From Phycisphaerae bacterium (GTDB lineage: Bacteria; Planctomycetota; Phycisphaerae; UBA1845; Fen-1342), in NCBI GenBank assembly GCA_963675745.2, contig CAXXWX010000017.1, forward strand, positions 32,001-96,000: a stretch of 64,000 bases of DNA. Reading direction: 5' to 3'. The translations under genes and the position numbers were made by a program. The notes beneath the pieces were generated by a model, which worked only from the letters and a program-made list of their open reading frames with translations, was not told where the DNA came from and searched no databases. This document shows positions 20,639 through 31,963 of the stretch, piece after piece; positions within the stretch are counted from its first letter, which is position 1; each line of letters begins with the position of its first letter.

Positions 20639-21754
20639 ATGCCCCAGGCGCGCCTGCCCAGGCTGCTCAGAGACCTGTTGAATTTGCCGACGGCCACGTT
20701 TCGTGAAGACGCGGTCCTGGACTACGTCAAGTGCGCCTGCGGTCGGCTGAAGGGCGTGAGCTGCAAATCGGACAAGTACGGCAACCTGCTGGCGCGCTAT
20801 CGCCACCGGCCGCGCAAGGTTACGCCGCTGGTCTTCGCGGCGCACACCGATCATCCGGGCTTTGTGGCGCGGAAGATGATCGCCGCCAAGCGCCTGCGTG
20901 CGGATTTCCGCGGCGGCGTGCGGCCGGAGTTTTTCGCGGGAACGCGCGTGTGCTTCTGGACCGCCGACGGGCTGGTGCGTGGCAAGGTGCTGGAGATCTG
21001 CCGCGCGGAGAAGCCCGCGCCGCGCTCGCCGGTCTCGCTGCCCAAGGAGGTCATCATCCAGGTGTCCGCGCCGATCGAGCCTGAGACGATCGGCATGTGG
21101 GATCTGCCGGATGCGCGGCTGAAGGGTGACAACGTGTTCGCGCGTGGCTGTGACGACATCGCCGGTTGCGCCGCGATGCTGGCGCTGCTCGAACGCCTCA
21201 GCCGCAAGCAGGCCGCCGCCGAGACATATTGCCTGTTTTCGCGAGCCGAGGAGCTGGGCTTCATCGGCGCGATCGCCGCGGCTCGCGCGCTGACCGTGCC
21301 GAAGCGGCTGCCGATCGTCGCCATTGAAACCAGTAGCGAATTGCCCAACGCGCGGATCGGCGATGGCCCGATCCTGCGCGTTGGCGACCGCGTGGCGGTG
21401 TACACGCCGCCGCTGACCGCGTTCTGCGATCGGGTCGCGAAAGACCTGACGAGCCGCCGCCGCGCGTTCAAGCATCAGCGCAAGCTGATGGACGGCGGCA
21501 CGTGCGAATCGACCGCGTACATGGCCTACGGCTACGAAGCCACCGGGATCTGCGTTGCCCTCGGCAACTACCACAACATGAACCGCAAGCGCGGCCGGAT
21601 CGATAGCGAGTACATCAGCCTCGCGGACTACTCAAACATGGTCGCCTGGTTCGAGGCGCTCGTGATGGACAAGACCGGGTACACCGGCGGCGACACGGAC
21701 CTGCGCGGCCGTCTTGACACGCGCTTCGAACGGTTCGAACAGCAGTTGCTATAG
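20639..21754 (+). CDS. M20/M28/M42-clan metallopeptidase/hydrolase
   Basis: DKYGNL, AHTDH, GCDD, RAEE, IET, GGTCE, NYHN metal-ligand motifs. Confidence 0.85.
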   Translation: MPQARLPRLLRDLLNLPTATFREDAVLDYVKCACGRLKGVSCKSDKYGNLLARYRHRPRKVTPLVFAAHTDHPGFVARKMIAAKRLRADFRGGVRPEFFAGTRVCFWTADGLVRGKVLEICRAEKPAPRSPVSLPKEVIIQVSAPIEPETIGMWDLPDARLKGDNVFARGCDDIAGCAAMLALLERLSRKQAAAETYCLFSRAEELGFIGAIAAARALTVPKRLPIVAIETSSELPNARIGDGPILRVGDRVAVYTPPLTAFCDRVAKDLTSRRRAFKHQRKLMDGGTCESTAYMAYGYEATGICVALGNYHNMNRKRGRIDSEYISLADYSNMVAWFEALVMDKTGYTGGDTDLRGRLDTRFERFEQQLL

Positions 21755-21821
21755 CATCGGGTTTCCGTCCAGCCAGACGCGTGGGCCGGCCGGCACGTCA
21801 ACGGCGCGCACCGGATCGCAG

Positions 21822-24800
21822 TCAGTGCGTTGCTTCGCCCAGCGTGCTATCCTGCTTATCGAGCACGGCGCGCACGCGGCGCAAGAGCGCTTCGCGGCTG
21901 AATGGCTTCTCGAGAAACTCCACGCCCGCGTTCGAGCACGCCGTGGTGGGCGATCACATCCGCCGTATAGCCGGAGAAGAACAGGGTTCTAAGTCCAGGT
22001 ATCGCGGCGGTCAGTGAATCTGAGAGCTTCTTCCCATTCATATCCGGCATGATGACATCCGTGACCAGCAGGTGAATACGCTCGTCTCGGCCGGCCGACA
22101 AACGGATTGCCTCAGCTCCGTCGGCGGCGCTCAGGACCTTATAGCCGGCATCGCGCAGCAGGTGGACCGCGAGCCTTCTGACGGTCTCGTCATCCTCACA
22201 GACCAGTACGGTTTCGGAACCCGTGGGGACCGCCACGGTCTCAGGCCGCGCGTCGCGTTCTTCCAGTGACGGCTCAACGGCCGGCAGGTAGACCCAGAAT
22301 GTCGTGCCCTGGCCCGGGGCGCTTTGGACCAGCAGGTGGCCTCCGGCGCGCTTGACGATCGCGTACACCGTTGCCAGTCCCAGACCGGTGCCTTGCCCGG
22401 CCGGTTTGGTGGTGAAGAAAGGCTCGAAGATGCGCTCGCGCGTCTCCCGATCCATCCCGCTACCGTTATCGCTCACCGTCAACAAAACGTGCGGGCCCGG
22501 ATGTGCGCCGGCGTGGGTGGAGACGTACGCCTCGTCAAGCACAACGTGGGCCGTTTCCAGCTTGAGCTTGCCACCGCTCGGCATCGCGTCACGCGCATTG
22601 ACCACCAGATTCATGATGAGCTGCTCAATCTGGCCGGCGTCGGTGTGCATGCGCCCGATCTGTGGGTCGCACACGATCTCCAGCGTGACGTCCTCGGTGA
22701 TCAGGCGGGCCAGCATTCGTTCCATCTCGTCCAACGTGCGGTTCAGATCGAGCAGTTCCGGCTGGGCGGCGTCGCGCCGGCTGAAGACCAGCAGTTGCCG
22801 CGTAAGCGCCGCCGCACGCTGCGCGCTCCGCTCGATCTGCCCCAGCCCGTGCAACACCGGATCGTCAGATCCCAGCTTGGATTTCACGGCGTCAAGCGAC
22901 AGCTCCACATTGCCGAGAATCGCCGTCAGGATGTTGTTGAAATCATGCGCCACGCCCCCGGCAAGTTGTCCGACAGCTTCCATTTTTTGCGCCTGTCGGA
23001 GCTGAGCCTCCAGCGCCACCTCGTTGGTGACATCCCGCCGCACCGCGACGTAGTTGATGATTTCGCCGGCGCTGTTGCAGACCGGGGCAATGGTCGCCTC
23101 CTCCTCGTAAGGCGTGCCGTCCTTTCTGTGGCTGGTCAGCCGGCCGCGCCACACCTCGCCACGCTTCAGCACGGCCCATACCCCGCGTGTCGCCTCAACG
23201 GCGCGATCTCTCCTGAGCAGACAGAGGTCGGACCCGACGGCCTCACTGCGCTCGTGCCCGGTGATGTGTTCAAAGGCCGGGTTAACCTGGAGGATCATGC
23301 CGGCCGCATCGGTGATTGCAATGGCTTCGGCGGCCTGCTCGATGGCCGTGAAGAGGCGCGTCTTTTCCTCCTCGGCGCGCTTGCGCTCGGTCACATCCCG
23401 GCTGAATAGAGAATACCCGACCAGCTCACCGTTCGGATCGAATATCCCGGCTACGCGGGATTCGAGCTCACGCATACCATCCTCGGTCTGCCGCCTGAGC
23501 GCAAAGCGATATTCACCTTCCCGGCGGACGACCTCAATCGCGCGCTGCAAACGCTCTCGCGATACGTTTTCCCGCGAGTGCATCTCAAACGCCGTGCGCC
23601 CGATGACTTCATCAGCGGAATATCCGAAGAGTTTCTCCGCCGTCGAGTTGTAGTATGTGATCCGCAGGTCCAGATCGATCGTGGCGATGGCCACGTCCGA
23701 GGCGCTGCGCAATATGTTGTCGAGCATCAACGTCTTCTCGGCCAGTCCCTCCTCGGCTCGCCGCCGGTCGGTGATGTCCGTCGCGACGCCACACACGCCG
23801 GTGATCACGCCGTTGGCATCCCTGACCGGAAACTTCAACGACAAGTAAGAGTGAACCCCATCATCGTGGGGAACCTCCTCGTCCAACATGAGCGGCGTGC
23901 CCGCTGACAGGGTCTTCCGATCGTTCGCCATGAAGCGCTCCGCGATCGGTGCGGGAAAAACCGCGTGATCCGTCTGGCCACGGAGTTGTTCGCTGGTGAT
24001 GTGAAACAGCTCTTCATAGCGGCGGTTTACCAGTACGTAGCGCCCTTCGGTGTCTTTGAGGAATATCACCGACGGACTGTGGTCGAGTAGGCCACGGAGC
24101 CGTTCCTCGCTTTCGCGCAAGGCCGTCTCCGCCCGTCCCCGATCGGCGATCATGTTGTTGAACGAGTGCGTCAGATCTGCAATCTCTGGGCCGCCGCCGG
24201 GGTTGGGAATATCCTCCGCCTTGAAGGCGCCGTCGCCATACACGCGCATCGCGCCCGCGAGTTGGGTCAGCGGGCGCGCAATGCGATAGCCTACAAGTGC
24301 GGCCACACCGACGCCGACCAGCAATGAGACAAGCGTGAGCCCGAGGATCTTGTACTTGATCGTCGCTACCTGGCTGATCAGGTGCTTCTCGCTCAACCCG
24401 AGGTGTAGGCGGCCGCCGGTGGGGGTGAGTGGATAACTCACGTCGAGCATATTGTCGCGCCGCTCAATGTGGGGCTGCGGCGGCGACGATGTGCCGGAGT
24501 TTGGTATCGGGGGTGTCAACTGCGCCAATTCACCCGGCAGTTCACCTTCAAACGAGTGGGCGAACACGTCTTGGGCGGGACCGATGGCCATGGCGTACTC
24601 GACGTCTCTGGTTCCGCGGACAGTCTCGCGCAACGCCTCGCGCGCGGGAGCGACTTCGCCGTCGCGGAAGTTGTGCGCGATATGCTCCGCCAGCGTTCGC
24701 ACCACCGCCGCCCCCCGCTCCTCCAGCCCGGTCTGGAGCGTGGTGCGCATGATCCGCCCCACCATCAGCGATGCAAGAATCCCGCTGCCGGACACAACCA

Positions 24801-24837
24801 CGGCGACCAGGAGAGTGATTCTTGTGTGGAGCTTCAT
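21822..24837 (-). CDS. Membrane hybrid sensor histidine kinase (HAMP, 3 PAS, HisKA, HATPase, receiver); frameshift near 21930
   Basis: AGGVAHDFNNIL, NLVVNARDAM, FEPFFTTK, GTGLGL, TDVIMP. The receiver tail FLEKPFSREALLRRV is in a shifted frame ending at 21822. Confidence 0.92.
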
Positions 24838-25416
24838 GGACGCGGCTCCTCGTTGGGGCTGGCCTGCGCGTCGGCCGTCTCGATCGCAATCGCGATATGA
24901 CGTCCGACAGATCGGCGGTGCAGCCGACACCGATGAGTGATCCGGCTTGCTCTCCTCTGCAAACCTCCGCAGTCAGTCGGACTTTCTCACGTCAGCCACA
25001 GGCCCATCTGGAATATGTACGTGCCGGATGCGATCGGCCGCGGCCCGCGCGTGCCGACCTGAGTGAAGTTCTGTACGCCGGACCGGTAGCCGGCGTGCCA
25101 CTACTGGCTAGCATACAGCGCAGCAGACACACTCACCATATCGAATATCGGGCAAGCGCGCGCCGCTGCCGTGCAACTCACCCGTCTCGGCGCTCTGGCA
25201 CACCCGGCGAGGGAGGCCGGCGTCGGCTTGTTGACGCAATGCTCCGCGGCCGTTGAGCTTGCAGGTGACTATTCAAGATGGGTACGATCATCAGTGGAAA
25301 GCGGCAAAGCCGGTCGGGTGGGCGCCATTGGGGGAGTGTCCGCCGAGGAATCGCGGATGAATGCTGAGAGCGCACATCCCGGAAATCCGGCGTCGTGGAA
25401 ACCCAGGAACACCCTG

Positions 25417-26355
25417 ATGCACAACGCGCGTCGTGCTTTCACGCTGATCGAAGTGCTGATAGTGGTGGCGATCATCGCGCTGCTGGTTGCCGTCCTGCTG
25501 CCCGCGCTGTCCCAGGCGCGGAAACAGACCCGGGGCGTAATGTGCAGATCAAACATGAAGCAGCTTATGACGGGCGTGGCTTTCTACGTCACCGAAGAGG
25601 AGGCCCTCCCGGGCACACATAGCCTGTTCTGGATGCAGATCCTGTTCGGCGCCGAGTGGTCCAGACCAGCCGGTGTGACCTGGGACGGCGCCCGCGACAA
25701 GCTGATCGGTCTGAAGTACCACCCGGCGTATCAGCAGCCGTACCACCTCGACCCCGAGTTCATCGCGGATGTGCCGCGGAAGGGCACGCTTTACCAATAC
25801 GTCAACCACGAGGCGGTCTACGTGTGTCCCTCTGACAAGCCGGGTGTCGCTGTCGATACGCCACTCGGCGGCGGCGGCAACGGAAGACTCAGCTATTCGA
25901 TGAACGCCTACATCGGCTACAAGGCTCCCGAGGATCTGGCGAGCTTCACGTATGTCGCGGACTCGCTGAACAATCCGCTGCCCGGCTCACAGAACACCGT
26001 TTCTTTCACGGCGGGACAACGCGTCTGGTTCAATCCTTCACGTTTCATGACCATGTTTGAGGATCATCCGTTCTACCACACGAACGCCAACTACCCCGAT
26101 GGGAACTTCAACTGCATAGACCGGATCGCAACCCGCCACGGCCTCAGGATCGGTGCCGACGGGGTTTCCGAGGGGCGTTCGACCATGGCGTTTCTTGACG
26201 GTCACGTCGAAGCCCGCGTGTACCCGTCCAAGACGATGGGGCGCGAGTTGTTCGCTGAAATCGGCCAGCCGCCGTTCTGGCGCGCGGAGGGATCACCCGA
26301 CCAGGCCAACATGTCCGCATTCATCAAGAGACTCCATGGCCCCCGGCCCTGGTGA
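25417..26355 (+). CDS. Prepilin-type N-terminal cleavage/methylation domain protein (DUF1559/H-X9-DG type)
   Basis: [43 protein letters not shown]...AFLDGHV. Confidence 0.92.
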   Translation: MHNARRAFTLIEVLIVVAIIALLVAVLLPALSQARKQTRGVMCRSNMKQLMTGVAFYVTEEEALPGTHSLFWMQILFGAEWSRPAGVTWDGARDKLIGLKYHPAYQQPYHLDPEFIADVPRKGTLYQYVNHEAVYVCPSDKPGVAVDTPLGGGGNGRLSYSMNAYIGYKAPEDLASFTYVADSLNNPLPGSQNTVSFTAGQRVWFNPSRFMTMFEDHPFYHTNANYPDGNFNCIDRIATRHGLRIGADGVSEGRSTMAFLDGHVEARVYPSKTMGRELFAEIGQPPFWRAEGSPDQANMSAFIKRLHGPRPW

Positions 26356-26629
26356 TTTGCGTACCACCTCCTGCGCTGCTTGTCTGCCGCCGCCACCGCG
26401 CCAGTGATGCGGTGACAGGCCCGCGCGTTAATGGCTGGTTACTCCTCTGCCCGGCAGTAGTCATGGACGTTTCCGAACCGGTACGGCACAAACCGAAGTT
26501 GGTGTGCCACGCGAATCGTCTGTAAGAAACCGGCGTGATGCTCCGTCATTCTCTGTGAGGGTGTGATTCGCCTCTGGCCACTCGGGATTCCCGGCTGAAT
26601 CGCCCCGGCTGCTGACTCAGGGTGTTTGC

Positions 26630-27199
26630 ATGCAGCAAACCCAGGCCCACTGGATCGCGGAACTCGTGGAGCGATACGGCAGGATGGTGTTCGCCACTGC
26701 GTATCGCATTCTCGGGAACGCTGAGGACGCCGACGATGTGCTTCAGGAGGTCTTTCTGCGCCTTCTGCGGCGAGGTCGCGGCGGTCGGGGAAACCAAGGC
26801 GTGCAGGACTGGGGCGCCTACCTGAGGGTGGTGGCGACGCGCTGCGCCATCGACGCCTTGCGCAGCCACGCGAAGTGGCGGACGGAGAGCCTGCAAGCGG
26901 CCGACCTCGCGGTCGCCGATGACAGTGACCCGTCCCGGCTGGCGAGTCGGCGGCAGAAGGCGGACATGTTACGAAAGGCGTTGGGCCTCGTGCCTGAACG
27001 CGATGCCCAGGTCTTCGCGCTCCGCTGCTTCGATGATCTGAGCTACGAGACGATCGCAGCGCAGATGAATCTCAGTGTCAGCCAGGTCGGAGTGATCCTG
27101 CATCGGACGCGGAATTGGCTCCGGCGGATGTTCGATCCCCAAATGGATGGTGTCATCCCACGCGTTGAAAGAAGAGAACGAGATGTCGGCACATCCTGA
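26630..27199 (+). CDS. ECF sigma-70 factor
   Basis: AYRILGNAEDADDVLQEVFL, SYETIAAQMNLSVSQVGVILHRTR. Confidence 0.93.
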   Translation: MQQTQAHWIAELVERYGRMVFATAYRILGNAEDADDVLQEVFLRLLRRGRGGRGNQGVQDWGAYLRVVATRCAIDALRSHAKWRTESLQAADLAVADDSDPSRLASRRQKADMLRKALGLVPERDAQVFALRCFDDLSYETIAAQMNLSVSQVGVILHRTRNWLRRMFDPQMDGVIPRVERRERDVGTS

Positions 27200-29792
27200 C
27201 GACGACAAACTCCTCCAGGGCATGATTGATGCGGCTCGCGCCGCCGTGCCCAGCGAAGCGCAGTGGCGCACGGCGCGCCGCAGGTTGATGGAGCATATCA
27301 AGCTCGACGAATCCGAGCGTAAATCACCCGATGGAACCGGAGACCGGACAGGCAGCGGGGCGCAGAGCTCATCGCGCCGGCGCTGGCCTCGTCGGGTCAT
27401 CTGGGGCGGCGTCGGACTTGCCGCCGCCGCATCGATCCTCGCCATGCTGATCATGCCGCGCATTGGACACGAGCGACCTGCTGGTGTGTCTTCGTTGTCC
27501 CAGCCGTTCGGCCATGTCGCCGTCGCGCGCGGGGAGTGCGTCAGGATCAATGCAAGTGGCGGTTCGCGCGGCCTGAGTGTTGGCGAAGTCGTCGTGTTCG
27601 GGGATCAGCTTCAGGTGGGGCCACAAGGCGGCCTCTGTCTGCATCTGGAAGACTCGACGACTCTGTGGCTGGATTCTGGGGCGGAGCTGTTCTGTGTGGC
27701 TCCGCGAGCGGCGGAAACGGCGACGGTGCGGCTTGTGCGTGGCGAAATCCGCGCCGATGTCGCTCCCTCGGACGAATCCGCGTTCTCCATCGAGACACCT
27801 ACGGCCACGCTGCGTGTACTGGGAACTCAATTCCACTGCCGTGTCCTACCGGCACTGGCACAAGAGAAGGATGAAACGATGAAGCGCTTGCGAAACGCAT
27901 TACAGAGGGCCATCACGGTCGTAACGGTCTTGTCGGGGGCGATTGCCGTTGAGGCGGGTGGTTCCGAGCAGATTCTGAAGGAAGGTCAGCGAGCGGCGAT
28001 CATCGCCGGGACCGCGCTAAGCGCCGCCGAAACGGTGGACCGGCTTGACTATACCCGCAAGTGGCTGGGTGAGCCCGGCGGGCCTCAATCGGCGGAAATA
28101 CTGATGTTTGTGCCGATACGTGCGCACTTGCTTCACGCTCTATGGGCGGTAAACGTGGAGAGCGGCGCTGCTCGGCATGTTTCCGATTTCGTCGGCGCGA
28201 GTCCGAGCGTCGTCCAACAACTCGGCCCCGACCTGGCGCTTATCAATGCGGGTAGCGTGCTGTTCGCCCACTTCGGGTTGCAGCCGGTTGGTCATGCGGG
28301 CCGACCTTTCGTGAAGAACCAGATCGCGCTGGTACACCTGGTGTCGGGCGAAAAGCTGCCGATGATTCCGCTCGAAGACTGCAATCCGCTGTACACAGAG
28401 GTCTCGCCAGACCGGCGCCGGCTCGCATTCGTCGGCAGTCGCGATATCGGTTCCGCCGGTGAGCGCGAGTTCGGGCTCTATGTCCTTGATCTGGAGACGT
28501 TTGAACTGACGCGCTTACTCGAAGGCGGACTCGTCACCTGTCCCCATTGGGCACCAGATTCACGCTGGTTGGCGATTTCCAGGAGCGCGGGATACGTATA
28601 CGACCATCAGATTGTCCTGGTGGACACGTTCACCGGCGAGGTTGTGGAAACCGCATTCCAGGGAGCGGGCGTCCACTTCCCGCCGGACGGGCAACATCTG
28701 ATCTTCTCGGGAGAATTCGCACGGACAGGTCGCTGGTGCGCGGGTGTGCCGAGTGGCGGGAACCTGTTCCGCGCGGAATTGCCGGACGGCCCGGCGGAGC
28801 CGATCACGTTTCTGCCGAATGGCGGCGCCGTGCTGCCTCTGATTTCGCCCGACGGCGCGCGCGTGTCGTATTGGGAGATGTCAGACGCGAATCGCCTGCA
28901 CGTGCTGGAGCTCGATACGTTCGAGGATCGCGTTGTATGGATGGCCGATTCCCCTTCGTCGGTGCGCTGGATCGACGGCGGCGGCAGCCTGGCCGTGATT
29001 CCGCCGTTGCAAGGGCGGCCCCAAGGGTGGCAGGAAGCGCTCCGGGATTTCCTGGGTGGGGATAACGAAAAAAGCGTAACACTCATCAGCGCTACGGCTG
29101 ATGTTGCTCCACGGAGCATTCAATTGCACGAGCCGGCGCTGCCCGCGGATCAGAAGAGATCCGCATCGGCCGTGGCCGACCGCCTTCTCTCAGTGTTCAG
29201 CCTCTACCGCGCCGGGATCGATGCGCTGGACTTGCACCGGATCGAGACGGGCCAGCGGAAACTCCGGGATGCGAGTGCCCGGCTTTCGGACTTCAGCGCG
29301 ACGGTTTGCCTTGCCGGGGCGGACGAACGCCCGTCGCAAGGCGGTGCGGAGCGAGGCACGCTGCTGGCTCAGTCTGATCTGCGCGCCTATGAGGACGTCC
29401 TGGCCAGGCAAGCCGAGATGCCAGCGGCCGAGCGGATTGCCGAGATCGTGCGTAAGAACCTCTACAGCATTTCGTCACTGCTATCCTCTTACCATCGTGA
29501 GAATGGGGGATTCCCACCGAGTATCGAGCAGTTGGCCGAGTGGGCCGCGGGGGCGCGTTGGCAGATCGATCATATCCGCTCGGGCAGCGAGCAAGCCCGC
29601 CGCCTGTTCCTGATTCCGGGAGATGACGCCGACGTGATCACGACTTCGTTCCGCCTGATCGAAACCGGGCCGGAAGAAGGCCGCTGGGTTGTCCAGACTC
29701 CGGTGCTGCCGGACGGGCGGCAATACGTCGGCACCTACCGCTACATTGCTGCAGACAGCCGCGTGGAAGTGGTATTGGGCGAAGCCAGATGA
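27183..29792 (+). CDS. FecR-domain anti-sigma/sensor with TolB-like beta-propeller and helical C-terminal domain
   Basis: TM LAAAASIL, FecR motif FSIETPTATLRVLGTQF, repeats SPDRRRLAF / WAPDSRWLA / PPDGQHLIF / SPDGARV. Confidence 0.85.
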   Translation: MSAHPDDDKLLQGMIDAARAAVPSEAQWRTARRRLMEHIKLDESERKSPDGTGDRTGSGAQSSSRRRWPRRVIWGGVGLAAAASILAMLIMPRIGHERPAGVSSLSQPFGHVAVARGECVRINASGGSRGLSVGEVVVFGDQLQVGPQGGLCLHLEDSTTLWLDSGAELFCVAPRAAETATVRLVRGEIRADVAPSDESAFSIETPTATLRVLGTQFHCRVLPALAQEKDETMKRLRNALQRAITVVTVLSGAIAVEAGGSEQILKEGQRAAIIAGTALSAAETVDRLDYTRKWLGEPGGPQSAEILMFVPIRAHLLHALWAVNVESGAARHVSDFVGASPSVVQQLGPDLALINAGSVLFAHFGLQPVGHAGRPFVKNQIALVHLVSGEKLPMIPLEDCNPLYTEVSPDRRRLAFVGSRDIGSAGEREFGLYVLDLETFELTRLLEGGLVTCPHWAPDSRWLAISRSAGYVYDHQIVLVDTFTGEVVETAFQGAGVHFPPDGQHLIFSGEFARTGRWCAGVPSGGNLFRAELPDGPAEPITFLPNGGAVLPLISPDGARVSYWEMSDANRLHVLELDTFEDRVVWMADSPSSVRWIDGGGSLAVIPPLQGRPQGWQEALRDFLGGDNEKSVTLISATADVAPRSIQLHEPALPADQKRSASAVADRLLSVFSLYRAGIDALDLHRIETGQRKLRDASARLSDFSATVCLAGADERPSQGGAERGTLLAQSDLRAYEDVLARQAEMPAAERIAEIVRKNLYSISSLLSSYHRENGGFPPSIEQLAEWAAGARWQIDHIRSGSEQARRLFLIPGDDADVITTSFRLIETGPEEGRWVVQTPVLPDGRQYVGTYRYIAADSRVEVVLGEAR

Positions 29793-30099
29793 CCGCGCCG
29801 AATCGAGACCGGGAGAGACGCCGGCTCCGTACCGGCGAATCTCCCGGATGTCTGGCCTACTGAAGTCGCTCGTAGACAAATCCACCGGCGCAATCCAGCG
29901 CTAGACGTGACCCCATTAGCTGCCGGCACTTGGCGCCGCGATGCTGATGACGGGCCCATAGACCCGCAATCCGACAGCGTGTCCGGGGGCCATCCGCCAG
30001 AGGCGCCGGATTTTCCTGTAACCAAGCGGCCGGATTCCGTCAGGAATGGGTGTGCGACGCCCTCTCCGTGAGGTTGTGTTGCAGGAAAGGCGCTTCACC

Positions 30100-31800
30100 A
30101 TGCTCACGCCCGATGCACAACATGCCGCGGTCACACACGACCGAGTCCCCTGGCTGGACAATCTGCGCGTTTGCATGGTCTTTCTGGTTGTCCTGCTCCA
30201 TGCGGGAGGGGTCTACGAAAGCAGCGGCAGGTGGTCCTTGTTCTGGATCGTGGACGATCCCTCCACCAGCGGTTTGCTAAATTTGCTGATCGCGCTCCTC
30301 GGCGTCTTTGTTATGCCGCTCCTGTTCTTCGTTTCCGGTTACGTCACACCTCAGTCGCTGGCGACGAAGAGCGCCGTGGCCTTTCTGAAAGCCAGATCCC
30401 GACGGTTGCTCATCCCGTGGCTTATCGCCGTCTTGACTGTGATTCCGCTCTACAAGCACATATTCCTCTTATCGCGCAACATTCCTCAGGAACACTGGAC
30501 TGCGTACTTCCACTGGAACGCGCTTTGGGGGCAGAACTGGCTCTGGTTTCTTCCGGTGCTGTTTCTGTTTGACGTGCTGTATGTTCTTGCCATCATAGCA
30601 CGAGTGGTGCCCGCGCGCATTCCGTTCAGGAGTGCCGTTGCCGTGATCTTCCTGGCCGGATGGGCCTACAGCACCTGTATGGATTTGTGCGGCCTCCGCG
30701 GCTGGACACACACGCTCATACTCGACTTCCAGAATGAGCGGCTGCTCATCTACTTCATGGTATTCATGCTGGGTGCGGCGTATTCCCGACGACAGGCGTA
30801 CGCTGTCACGTCCCCGAGCAAGGCATGGTATGCCACGCTGGCGGTGGCGGCATGCGGGACCATGGCGCTCTACTACTTGTTGTACAGCCAGCCTGCGGCT
30901 ACGACAGGCACTCACGCACTTCCGCCGGTTGCTGATGCGCTGCTGTTGTGGCTTGCGTTCCATGTATCACTATATTGCACGATGTACCTCATCGTGACTA
31001 CATTTCAGACTTGTCTGAACACACACGGCCCGCTCAGCAGGATATTGAGTGCCAATTCCTACCATGTGTACATCATCCACACGATAGTTCTGGGCGGCAT
31101 TGCGACAACTCTTCTCGGTACAAAGGTGCCTGCATTGTGGAAATGCGCCATTGTCACATTAGCAACATATGTGACGTGTAATCTGATCGCAACTGGTTTG
31201 AGGGGGTTATTTCAGGTGCGGCCATTCGCAAACAGAACGGAGGTGCGGACAATGAAAGCTATTACATGGGCATCGTTGATGATCGCGGTGACTTGGGTTC
31301 ACGGTTGCGGCAAGCCGCAGGAGACGCCGCAAACAACGGTCGCTCCGCTTGTGAACATTCACGTGGCGGCCCTTCAGGGGCACATTGACGCCGTCCGGCA
31401 GCACATTGATGCCGGGACGAACCTGGATGAGAAAGACGAATATGGTTCCACCCCTCTGATCATTGCGGCGACGTTTGGCAAGACTGACGTGGCAAGGGCA
31501 CTCGTGGACGCCGGGGCCGACACGGGAATGACAAACAACGACGGCTCAACAGCGCTTCACATAAGCGCGTTCCTGTGTCGCACGGAGATCGTGGAGATGT
31601 TGCTCGCCGACGGCGCCGCTAGCAGCGCGAGGAATGCCGCGGGGAAAACGGCGCTGGATATTGTTGCGGGTCCGTTCGAGGATGTCAGGGGCATATACGA
31701 TCAATTGGGCAAGGGGCTCAAACCTCTGGGGCTCCGATTGGACTACGACCGGCTCAAGAGAACACGTCCCCGGATTGCCCGGATGTTGCGGGGCGCTTAG
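30100..31800 (+). CDS. Acyltransferase-3 (OpgC/MdoC-like) membrane domain fused in frame to a lipoprotein-like ankyrin-repeat domain
   Basis: R..WLDNLR..LVVLLH, MPLLFFVSGY, R.RRLLIP, LWFL, SYHVYIIH. Then GSTPLIIAA, GSTALHISA, GKTALD ankyrin repeats. Confidence 0.85.
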   Translation: MLTPDAQHAAVTHDRVPWLDNLRVCMVFLVVLLHAGGVYESSGRWSLFWIVDDPSTSGLLNLLIALLGVFVMPLLFFVSGYVTPQSLATKSAVAFLKARSRRLLIPWLIAVLTVIPLYKHIFLLSRNIPQEHWTAYFHWNALWGQNWLWFLPVLFLFDVLYVLAIIARVVPARIPFRSAVAVIFLAGWAYSTCMDLCGLRGWTHTLILDFQNERLLIYFMVFMLGAAYSRRQAYAVTSPSKAWYATLAVAACGTMALYYLLYSQPAATTGTHALPPVADALLLWLAFHVSLYCTMYLIVTTFQTCLNTHGPLSRILSANSYHVYIIHTIVLGGIATTLLGTKVPALWKCAIVTLATYVTCNLIATGLRGLFQVRPFANRTEVRTMKAITWASLMIAVTWVHGCGKPQETPQTTVAPLVNIHVAALQGHIDAVRQHIDAGTNLDEKDEYGSTPLIIAATFGKTDVARALVDAGADTGMTNNDGSTALHISAFLCRTEIVEMLLADGAASSARNAAGKTALDIVAGPFEDVRGIYDQLGKGLKPLGLRLDYDRLKRTRPRIARMLRGA

Positions 31801-31963
31801 CAGCGTGGTCAAGGCAAACGCGCGGCGTCGACTCAAGGCAACGTCGGACGCCGCGCCGGGCTAAGCCGCCGGCGTCCTGCGCGGCCTGGTCTGTAAGTAA
31901 TGGGCGCTGGACATCCGACGTCACCTTGCGCAGTTGCTCGGATATCCACTCCGGTAGCACCCA

